A DNA stretch of 64,000 nucleotides, taken from the human T2T-CHM13v2.0 reference genome, Homo sapiens. Position numbers and translations under genes: made by a program. Shown piece by piece: positions 52,791 to 64,000 of the stretch. Below the pieces are notes generated by a model. That model was not told the origin of the DNA and did no database searches. It saw only the letters and a list, made by a program, of their open reading frames with translations. Numbering within the stretch: the first letter of the stretch is position 1; every line of letters begins with the position of its first letter. The stretch lies in the NCBI RefSeq assembly GCF_009914755.1, contig NC_060929.1; one strand, given 5' to 3'.

Positions 52791-55700
52791 AAGCATGAAT
52801 AGGAGTGCCACCAAAGCATCTGTTGCCCTGAGAAGTGGTGTGTCTGGGCTGCCTGCCTTCTTCTCCAGTGTAGCCAGCATTGGGCCTACTGACAACAGTT
52901 CTGGAAGGGCTGCTACCCACTCCTCTCTGCAATTCTTTCTGCCTTCCCTGCACCATCATAGGCTTTACTGACTGTCATAGGGTATTGGCCATATGTAGAG
53001 ATTTTGATCCATACTTGTGGCTGAACTTGAGCAGAGAGGGGAGGTAGCAAAGTGAGATGGGAAAGTGTCTGCTGAGTCTCCAGAGGACTTCCCTGTGAAA
53101 GCAGAAGTTATGATAATGCTGCTATCACTTTGCAGAATGACCACATCCTTTCCCTCTATTCTTCTAAGTGGGGACTGTTTGCAGGAAAAACATCACTAGG
53201 GGCTTTTCAGGCAATGGCTTTCGGGAATAGAGCAGGGCCAGGCACGCACAGGAACCGGGCAGAGGCTTGGAGGATCTGCCAGGCAGAAGTGGCTCATGTT
53301 GGCCTCTCCTGTGCGGCCACCTGGGCTCCCTCACAGTTGGCCTCTGAGCACTGCAGAGAGAGATGTCAGTAACGCTCTGCTGCCTCTCAGCTCTGCTGCT
53401 GAGGAATCCTAGGCTGGCTGTGGCCAGGAATAAACGGCTTATGGCCACATGTAGCTTGATTGTTTGCAAATTAGTGAAGGTAATATATTACTCTGCAACA
53501 GCACTCTGCTTTTTGTTTTTAATGACACCATTTTTGGGTAGGAGGGAAAAATAAAAAGCAGCCTATATTCATGAAAAAAATACCTAAAGGACAGACTCAT
53601 CTAAACACGTTAGAACTTTAACTGAGAAAATGATCCAGGAAAGGTTGGGAAATAGGTTCTTGGTCTCTCTACCCAGCCCCCTTCTTTGCCACTTTTCTTT
53701 GTTTTTATTCAAATAAATTGGATGCATTTCCGAGCTGGGGAAAGCCTCGGAGTATTTCTGATGTCTTGATAGAACATATAATACATTCTGGGTAGGTTAA
53801 CATCTGTTATCTTAAGCTTTTTAGTAGTCAGTCATGTCAAGAAAGTCTAATCTGGTGAACATCTTGATTTAGCCATCTGTTGGGTCCTAGTGCACTCACA
53901 TGTAAAGGGAGCAAATGGGCAATGAAAATGAGTTTGACCTGTTACTCTCAAACGATGAAGGCATTGCACACTCTAAATAATGGTACCTGTCAGGTTTTTG
54001 GATGCTTTCCTCAGAAAAAAGATATTTAAAAGATAGTTGCAAATGCAGTAGGGGTGGGTAGAGAACCTGGTGACTTTAGGAATCAATACTGGAATTGTGT
54101 ACCTAGGCTGTAATTTATCAAAACATCTCCAAGTATTTTACAGGGGAGTACGTGAGTGCCCTAATTTTACAAATGAAGCAGTTGATGGCTGTAAACTGCT
54201 TCTTAGCCATGGTCTAGGGCTGTGTTTGGGTCGGGAGGGAGAGAACCGCAAACAACATGATGCAAGGCTGGCGCGGGCTAGTTGGATAATGGTGAAATCT
54301 TATGCATTAGAAGGCTATCGATAAGTCTCATTACCACACAGCCATTGGGTACAGAGCTGACCGCTGAGCCACACCAGACCAGGAAGTATGCCAAGGAAAC
54401 AATCAATAGAAGATATATTACTGAAAATTAATATTCTGCTGCTGAATTATTTTTATCGATTTAGGGATTGTGAAAATGGCCTTAGATAGTTTTATGAACA
54501 AAAAGCCTTTGTATTTCTTGAGTAGAAGACCAAAATAACAGAGGAAATCCCATCGCTAACACAAAACCTTGAAACATGGCCCAGGAAACAGAACACTTAT
54601 CGTCTGTCCTCAGGAGAGCCCCTGCCTATGTTCACTTAGAGAGGTGGGTTATCTTGCAGAGCCACACGGGTACAGCTTCATTGCCATGGTCAAATCTTGG
54701 CTCCGATAGAACCTGTGTTGAGGAAATAATCAGAAGAAACATTAATAGCGTAATCTACAAAGCGGAAAAATAGAAATGCTTGCATCGTGTGAAGTGGGTC
54801 AGACGGTTGAATTAGGGAGTTGTAGGGCTGAGGGTGAATGTGTGGATTTTGCACATTTGGTAGTAAAAGGCTGTGGTTTGCTTAGATGGACAGCTCTTCT
54901 GCATTGCCCTTGGTACGTAGTAATGCTGTGTGCTGCGGGGCGCTGTCAGTGGGTTTTGGGAGCTGGTGCTCTTGACAATGTGTTGTTACCTGCTCCTGCT
55001 CCCTTCCGTTCACATCTTCCCTATTCTCTCCTTTTCCTTCTGAAGTCACCACCTCTCTTGCAGTTTAGAAGTGTATTATTTATGGGAAATAAAAAGTTAG
55101 TGCTGATAAGAAGCAGCATCACTGGGGCTCAGTTTGCGCATCATTAAAATGGAGCATTTGAAACACATGGTTTCCAGCTCCGAAGTGGAATGTTTCTAGG
55201 ATTCAGCTAAGACTGACCATTCTTATGGAAGCATTTCCTGGAAAGTGTTAATGAGAATGCTGTTGCATTCCAAGAGCTTTGAGGAAATCTAATTCCTGAC
55301 AAAAAATATTCTTAGGAAATCTTGCTCAATATATAGTTATTAACTTTTTATCACTTTGTGGGGAGCTTTTCATCTCAAGACTTTTCTATTAAATTGAAAA
55401 AATTGTGTTTGGGATGCATTTTCACAAAATATGTATCGCAATTATAGAGGAATGTTCACATTTGCTGATTCTGGGTATAAGCATGTTTATTCTTCCAACT
55501 TTACTGGAGGTTTGAAAAATTTTAAACTAAAATATTGGAGAGTAAAACCAGACAAGTGTATTTTTCCCTCCTTCAAGGAAACTAAGACAAATGAAAGGAA
55601 ACAGTTTATTAACTGAGTTTTCCACAGTCATACAAGAGTGTAGTGGAAGAACCAGAAAGAGATTCCAGCTGTTCAGTTGCCTTTCTTGTACTTTTCGGCC

Positions 55701-56776
55701 ATCTCTGCTCCCTTAGGAAAGGCAGATGCAGGAGAATTTCCTCCAGGTGCAGCTTCTGAACAGAATATCTCTGAGTCTTGCAACATTGCCATGTATTTTT
55801 ACTTATAAATTATCCAAATGGGAAAAGCAGAAGATTGGTACTTAAGTGTCAGTTTTATAAAACTGCTAATTACATGGCATTGAGTAGATATTTCACCTAA
55901 TGAGAAGAAATAGGTGGTTTAACTCTGAACCTGGAATTTTTATTTCTGACAGCTTGAAACAGAAAAATGAGTCCATGGGAAGTAGTATTTAGTTGTGAAA
56001 GAAGGAATGTTAGATGCAAATCTAGTAGTTTGATGGGGAGACAAAATAAGAATTGCATGCTGCACTCTTACATTGCTTTCAGAATTGTTTTGTTGGAAGG
56101 TTACTGGGAACATGAGATAGTGTGATAAGGTCTTTAATTATCCTACTTGTCTGTCATCTCTGGAAAGTCAGGAGAGAGGAGTTGAACACTTTCTGCTTCA
56201 CCTGATCCGGGGGACCTGATCCGGGGGACCTGTGTGGGTTAAGAGGAGGATGGGCCTCCAGGGGCCACTTCTCAGGAGCAGACAGTGCTGTTCTGTTCCT
56301 TCTCTCTCCCCTGGGACCTTAGGGAAGGAGATATTTTTCAGTTTTGTGATGTTACCTGGCCTAGTAACAAATTATGAAATCAGAATAACCTGTTTATGAT
56401 CAACATGTACTTCAAACATTTGGAAAAATAAAGAATTGCTCACTGTGCCTCCTCAGTGCTAGGGAGCTCTTGGATGCTGGGTCATCAACGTGGGAGGGAG
56501 GTGATCACTTTCATTATGGCCTCGGGCAAGCATTTTCCTGTTGTGGGGCTTTTTTCACCTTTGGCTACCTCCCTTGCGCCTAATCAAGTATGAGGAGCAG
56601 CCACAGATATGTAAAAGAGGCCAGCAGTCCCTTCTGGCTCATTCAGAGCATCACCTTCTAGAGCACCTTTGATGGGACAGGCTCCGCATTTCTCATTAGA
56701 TGATCCTCTGAAATATATTTCTTCTGATCTTCATCTCCAGAGACAAGGTGAAATGCACTGATGAAGGTGGTAGTTT

Positions 56777-56795
56777 GTCCACTAGGTGGCACATC
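56777..56795 (+). promoter_or_regulatory. Candidate CTCF site
   Basis: gtCCACTAGGTGGCACatc closely matches the CTCF core CCASYAGRKGGCRS and lies in non-repeat sequence. Motif only, no binding data. Confidence 0.55.
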
Positions 56796-57475
56796 AGCAA
56801 ATCTCCTTTGCAAGGGATGGAGGTAAAAATACTGGGGATTTTTAAAAAGATGTATCTGTCAAGCATGTGAGATAAAGGTATGCCCTACGTGCAAGGTGAT
56901 TTGCTAAGTCAACTGGGGGAAGAAAACATTCTAATTCTCTCATTGTAACAAAATTGCCAGGAAGAACTTTTTAAATGCTAATAGACTTGTTGAAATTAAA
57001 AAGCTTTATGATGCATCCTAGAGATTTTTTTTTCCCCACAAAAGTTGGGCTGCAGATCACTGCTGCAAGTAAGAGAATGCTGTTAATCTTGCTAGCATTC
57101 TGAGTATATAAAATAACGTATGGAAGATGTTTAGACATCCTAGGTTTATATATTTGAATTATGTTCTGAAAATGGTGCATACTTGAGCTAGAGGGATTCC
57201 TACCAGTAACTTTTTAAAAAATTAGTGGAACATGTTAGGTATAACTTACATTTGAAGGAATAGACTTCATGTTGCTAGAATGCATTATCAGTAATTCTTA
57301 TTGCATGCACAACTAAACATAGCTAAATGAATAACTCCATGCTGAGCACATATTAGTTATGATTTTTATACCAAAATGTTTAAAAATACTTCTTTAGAAG
57401 CATATAAAGGAAGCGACATTTCTATTTCTTAATCCAAGTATCCCTTCTGAAAACTGAGCAGTAAAATTAGTAACA

Positions 57476-57759
57476 TATTCCCCCCTTATCTGAGGCTTGA
57501 CTTTCTGTGGTTTAAATGGGTGAATACAGTACAGTATTTTGACAGATTACATTCACATGACTTTTATTACAGCATAGTTATAATTGTGCTATTTTATTCT
57601 TGTTAATCTCTTACTGTACCTAATTTATAAACTTTATCATACGTATGTATATATTTTAATAGAAAAAAAACAGTATATATGGGGCTTGGTACTATCTGTG
57701 GTTTCGGGCATTCACCAGGCATCCTGGAACTTATCCCTGGAGTGTAAGGGGAGACTGCT
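57476..57759. mobile_element. MER44 (Tigger7-derived) MITE
   Basis: tccccccttatctgagg...ttgttaatctcttactgtacctaatttataaa...ggtactatctgtggtttcgggcattc...taaggggagactgct. Confidence 0.8.
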
Positions 57760-58307
57760 TTCCTTGTATTTCAGAAGACAAATAACGTTTTTAAAAAATT
57801 CTTCTTTCTGGTAAAGCATTCAGATTTTATTTTATTTTTCCCCCTAAAGAAACTGGTATTATTTATGATGGCTTAGGGTATTGCTTTACAAATAAGAATC
57901 AGATTTAATTTATTAGGTTTGTCTGTAGGTAAAACAGGATACATACATCCTTTTGAATCCAGTTTTCTTTAGAGGACAGTTGAAGTGTACAATTAACAGG
58001 CTCCTCACAAACATCCTTACCTGCTGTCCCAGAGGAGAGTGGTGACAGGTTTTCAGGGTTGTCAGGTAAAGTATGGAATCATCACCAGGGTTCAGGTGGC
58101 ATTAGAGAAACCTCAAGGAGGAAAAGGAGGAGGAACCTGTTAGCTTTTAATAATTGAGTCATGTAATGTCTTCAGTAAAGCCAGGATAGACAGGACTTAT
58201 CCAGTTCACTGAACTTCAATTTTAGAGGAAGATTGAGGAAAAGTGCCCTGCCATTCCATGCAAATGCTAGTCTTTGGTGAAAAGAGATTAAAAATATTAT
58301 CTTATGG

Positions 58308-58516
58308 CATGCTTGTCTAACCCGCAGCCCAGGACAGCTTTGAATGCAGCCTAACACAAATTTGTAAACTTTCTTGAAACATTATGAGATTTTTTTTTGT
58401 GATTCTTTTTTTTTTAAGCTCATCAGCTATTGTTAGTGTTCATGTATTTTTTGTGTGGTCCAAGACAATTCTTCTTCCGATGTGGCTTAGGGAAGCCAAA
58501 AGACTGGGCACCCCTG
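58308..58516 (-). mobile_element. MER30 (hAT-Charlie) MITE
   Basis: agctcatcagctattgttagtgtt...ccaagacaattcttcttcc...gggaagccaaaagactgggcacccctg. Confidence 0.88.
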
Positions 58517-58964
58517 TTCACGGCCACAGGAATCAGTGCTTCCTTTCCCTCTGTTTCTAATCAATCACCTCTCTCATCCCCTCACCTTTCCTCAAGTTTT
58601 ATAATCATTTATGATAAATATTACAGGAACATAGTAGGAAAGTCTTTTAGGTATTTGAGCTGTTTTATGTAAGAGTGTAGTAAGCAGAAGGAAATTATAC
58701 TCTGCGAACCTGGAAAGAGAAAGGGACAGAATTTGTGGGGTCTGGTTTTGTAGATCTGTACAGGTATCAAAGTCCAGGATGGTTTGAGGTTGGAGAGAAT
58801 GGCTGCCTTTAGGAGCCAGGCCCACTGTACCCCGGCTGCCATCACACTGCATTTTCAGCTCCATTACCCATGTTTGCCTTTGCACATGCGGCTCTCTGGG
58901 CTTGGCATTCTTCCCCCAGCTCCCCATCCATCCTCTACCCCACTTAGAATTTCTGCTTCCATTA

Positions 58965-59135
58965 GACTTGGGATTTCTAAACTTGTCTGCACTTTGGGAT
59001 CACCTGGGGTGACTTCAGAAACTACTTACTTCCAGAGATTGTGATTTAATTGGCCTGTTTGTGACCTTAGTTTTTTTGAAATTTATAAAAGACCCTCCAG
59101 TGATTCTAATGTGCAGATAAATTTGAGAACTACTG
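58965..59135. mobile_element. MER5 (hAT-Charlie) MITE
   Basis: tttctaaacttgtctgcactttgggatcacctgggg...gtgattctaatgtgcagataaatttgagaactactg. Confidence 0.8.
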
Positions 59136-60984
59136 TTTTGGACTCTGTTCACCTCGTCTCTCAAACCTACCCTTACCCTCTACCCACCCTTCTGAGTTAT
59201 TCCCTTCCTCGGTGCTTCTGCCCCACCAGCACCTGGAGTATCTTGTCCTGGGTCTCCACTTATCTCCTTGTATTTTATTTGTTTATCCATGTGTCTTGCG
59301 ACCCCATGACTGCATTCTGGTGGGACTGAGCCTTTTTCCTCTGTCTATTCTTAACATCCATCATAATGCCTGATTCATAGTAGATATTTAGTGATTGGCT
59401 TTTGAATCAAGGTGATAAAACAAAATAGTAATACAATGATTTAAACAAATCGATTCATGTACTTCTGACTCAGGGCATTTTTATTGCCCAGGTAGATAGT
59501 TCTCCTTTACTTGAAAAACCATTGACTCCCTAATCTCCTGTCATTGCTTAAAGCAATGATAAGTATATAAAATTAAAGAAGAATATGTTCTGTTGTGTGG
59601 TATTAGCTTGAGTCACAAAAGCCAGCTTTAGATAAGGGGACAAAGAGGGCTAAGCCTATGTTCAATAAAGCTCAAGGAAGTGAGAGTAAAGTGCTGTCAA
59701 TTTCTAACAAAATAATTCCCCATTGCCTTACTTAAAGAATATTAATTTATCTAATTGATGATAATCTGGTCAATTTATTATAGCATTAAAAATGCAAATC
59801 AGTTAATATACCAAAATATTCATTGTCGTGCCTGAGAATTTTTAAATTTTATTTTATTTTATTAGGTGATAATGGGAGGCATAATTGTGAATGTTTGATT
59901 CTGGCAAAATACAATTAGTTTCTGTGAAACACATTGTGCATTAATGATATCATTAAGATTAATGAATATAAATGAATGAGCTGGGGATTTCAAACAGAAC
60001 AGAGGGACTTTATATCAGTGTATAAAACTTGAGATAGATTGCCTTGATTTTTAAGGATAATGTGCTAGAGCCCCTATTAAATTCTTATATAAGCTAGAGA
60101 GAAAATAAATCCAAGAAGTTAAATCAACTTCCAGAAGGATCAAACTTCTTAAACGTCTACTGTCATTTTTTGGAAGAGTGCTGTAAATGGATTTTGGTAA
60201 AAGAAAGCCATCCTTAAATTTTACTTTAAGAGCTATTTTAAAGACAACATTTAATAGTAGTTTCCAGGTCCTGTATACATAAGAGTGCATGTACATTTTG
60301 GTTATAAATCATTGCTCATTTAAATTAGATATGACTTTAGGGTGTTCTTGTATCTTCCAGATGTTCTACCATAGACATCTATTACTTTTATAATTTTAAA
60401 ATGTTATTAAGAAAACTAGGCATACGTTTGCTTTTCTTGAACTAAGAGACGGAGAAAGGCAAAAGAGAGAGCAGCTGCTCATCAGAGTCTTAGGGAAGAG
60501 CCATGGACTCAATGTATACCTTGACCCCAAGAATCACATGGTATTTTGAGTATTGATGCTTGACTCTGTGGTTTTGTAGTATAAAGAGAAATTTTGCCAC
60601 TAAAAATAAAAAAAAAAAACAGAACAGATTTCACTATGGTCTGTGCCCTTGTAGTTTAAACATTGTAATTTCCACATCCTCTTGCTCAACTAGATAAATA
60701 CAAATACTGTGTCCTCAGGTGATACTTAATGTGACTTCTTCCTATGTATATCTCCTTGGTCTGATCTTCACTTAATGCTTCTGTTTCTCCCACTATATGC
60801 ATATGTATGTGTGGGTACGTGCACATTTGGTTTTTTATTTGTTTGTGTGTCTATCTGAAAGTTCTGCAGGGCAGCGCTTGCCCTTGGATTGCTGCTGCAG
60901 TGGTGATGAGAAGGATGAGGAAAGTGCAGGAAAAAGGGGAGGTGTTCAGGAACATGGCGGCCACCTGGGCCCTTCGTTCTGGCA

Positions 60985-61145
60985 TACAAAGCCTGAATTC
61001 TCTTGTTAGCTCTGCCTTTTTTACTATTTTCATGACCTTGGGCTCTTCTTGGAACCTCATTGTCTCACTTTCCTCATTGGTAAATTGGACCGGTCTCTTT
61101 TCTTTCTACTTCTCAAGAAACTGATGAGGATTAATGAGATAGAAT
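60985..61145 (+). mobile_element. MIR fragment
   Basis: catgaccttgggc...tctcactttcctcattggtaaattgg...tgatgaggattaatgagata. Confidence 0.65.
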
Positions 61146-61935
61146 CTGGAGCCCGTTTTGTGTTAAAAAGAGTTAAGGGATGCTAGAAGACGGAGTTAAT
61201 GTCATAGAGAAGGGGAACACACATTGCTTACCGTGTGATGTGATAGAGTCTCAGGGAGCACTTCTCTTTCAACTGTTAACTGTTAACTAGTTGGCAGGTG
61301 GCAGCCTCATTTCTATTTGTGTCTGAAGTGGATGACATGTTAGTGCAGGATGATAGGAAGTCAAACCAAATGCAGGGACTGGTGGAATGACGAGCAAGAT
61401 TCATGGGGGAACATCTAGCCTTCTGCATTGCTACCTGAAAGAAACTTAGCTATTTAAAAAAAATAATTTATATATACCTCTCAAACCTATTTGGCTGCTC
61501 AATATTGGTGAAAGTCACCAGAAGTGCTTGGCTATGTGTGTGTAATGCAAACAAGATCAGAGTGAAGCTTGTGGTCAAAATCTCAGAATTCATTTAACGT
61601 AATGCCTCTAGGTAGACTAAGGCTGAAGACATGATCTTAAACTTAGGGTTTAAAATAGTCAGCTTGCACAGGCGCTTCAGATCTGTGTTGTAATGCCTGT
61701 CAATATAAAGACACAGGTGTAAGAAAGAATGCTTGATTAATTCACATGAGGGATTCCATACTAATTTTAGTTAACATGTATGTCTTTGGTCAATCATATT
61801 TTAAATTCCAGGGTGACCAGCTTGGTTTTTCTCCTTAGAAAATTTTCCAGAGTTTTTTCCATTTTGTGTTTACATTTTTTGTTTTTTTCGGGGGGAAGTT
61901 TGGCTAGGCAACAGTGCATTTAACCTAGAACTTAG

Positions 61936-62297
<362 letters not shown>

Positions 62298-64000
62298 ACT
62301 ATGGGATTTTTAAATACATGTATAGCCTGAACGTGCTTTTCTAATCTCTGATGTAGTAGCTATACTTGGAATATAGAGTACAAAATTAAAAAAATAATAA
62401 TTTTCCTTGATCTTTTATCTCTAGGTATATCTTTTCACTTTAGGGATAATTGTAGGAATCTGTGTTTCAGAAGCTCATAAAATACTTAGATGATGCCAGT
62501 AGTATTATCTTCAGTAAATATACATGTTAACATATGAGTTTCTAAAGCTTTTCAATTGATAGGTATCATACAATGACAATACTGCCAACATCACTTCACT
62601 CATCTATTCTCTTCTTAATCTATGTATTAATATGACATATGGGACTTTGCTAAATATTAGTTCATGGTCCCAGCGTTAGCTGTGCATCATTTAGACATGA
62701 AGGGACATAATTGAAAAAATATATATTGGAGCTATTTCCAATTGTCAGATCTTCATAAACACTCTCATATGAAAAAAATGAAGTTCTATTACCCAGTTTT
62801 ATTAGAAATGCTATATTTTGTTGGATTCGTGTGTTTGCAAAGTAGAGAATATTTTCCTGCTGTGATTGATGTTAGGGCATTTATGAGGATAGTCTGCTAT
62901 ATTTCATATGTATATAAGGGTGTCATTGTTAAAATGTTCAAAAGAAAATTATGTATGTGATTTATATTTTATTATTTCCTCCTAGGATGTAATTTTTTCA
63001 ATACCATGATTCCTGTCATATTGTCAGTAGTGATTTGATGGCTAATATGCCAGAAATAATAAGAGAAAAAAAAAGATGATGCAAACGTCAAGGCAATATA
63101 GCTTTCTTGTGAAAAGCCTTAAGCAAAATCATGCATGTTACGTTGTAGAAATCACCAATCGCATACATTTAAGAAGTCTTCAGGATTGCAAGTGGGAAGG
63201 AAAACTGAACACAGGAAACATGGGATGCGGCATATTTCATAGGCATATGCTTGCTACTGATCCCACCTGCAATTTTTGCTAAATGAAATGTGTTTTAGAA
63301 AATGCTACTCTGGATAAATTCAGACTTTGGTGTATTATCAGTGGGAAGGTGTTAGACCCTCTCTTTTATTTGGAGTGGGAAAAATTCCTACTTTCCCTGG
63401 AAGGCAGACTGCCGCTTGTTTTAGTCTTTCTGACAGGTTTAAAGTCTGTTTTATTTGGTGAGAAAAAGACATATACAGTACATGTCTGCTGTTTCTTTAC
63501 CTTTGTTAACTTTAGAGGTTAGAACTTTATTTTAAAATTTCAAATGACTATTTTAAAATATAGGGAAAGAAAATCTGTGGTTTTGGTATTTGTTCCTGAG
63601 TGTAATATCTCCTGGTACTTTAAATATTGTGGAACCTGTTTCCAGGTGTCATTTTACTTTTGAGTTTTGATGACACTGGTAATTAATATCTGGTTCATTT
63701 GTATGTTACTTTAATGAATAGTAAATATTCCTAAAGAGTAGCCATTAATAACAGCAGGCGGTAGTATTGTAATATTATGGCATTAATTTTATATGGTAAT
63801 AAAGATTCATGTCAACCTCAGTTAAGGATTTAACCTGTTCTCAGAGTGAACATTAATGCTGTAGTGTGTGTTTTAGGCATGTGAGGCTCAGCTCATCACT
63901 GGTTTCTGAGCTTTGCTGTCTGACTTGGGTGTTGAGGAGGGGCTGCTGGGAAACCTCGGTGCCCTCCTCAGCCTTGAGCATGTTCAGGGCAGGATCCTTG

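Noticed and set aside
62960-62994. Acceptor-like tract with TAG-GAT-GTAATT (3-nt microexon)
   Set aside because: Weak donor and no supporting features; such tracts are common in T-rich introns.

Overview
This is human genomic DNA, not prokaryotic: it contains an AluYb8, a human-specific subfamily. The window lies inside the MAST4 (microtubule-associated Ser/Thr kinase 4) gene, transcribed on the + strand. Two coding exons are recognisable, 1913-2066 (154 nt, LDHILSPPPMPFRKCSNPDVASG...GGALT) and 30854-30978 (125 nt, GRYLLPNPVAG...SLTASL). They splice in frame across a ~28.8 kb intron and most likely are exons 2 and 3 of the long isoform. The rest is intron filled with Alu, L1, L2, MIR, MaLR/ERVL/ERV9 LTRs, Tigger and hAT MITEs and microsatellites. 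Nearly all ORFs in the supplied track are spurious. I see no evidence for a new multi-gene system. The best leads are: (1) a candidate intronic terminal exon with poly(A) site 3.4 kb after the second exon, which would give a kinase-less MAST4 with a hydrophobic tail; (2) a perfect NRF1 palindrome inside a CpG-dense coding exon; (3) a pre-miRNA-sized hairpin upstream of that exon; (4) two AG|GTAAG recursive-splice-like sites; (5) an antisense solo LTR12 with an NF-Y array; (6) rearranged Alus and a young AluYb8. Repeat subfamily names are recalled from consensus sequences, and boundaries of old repeats are approximate.
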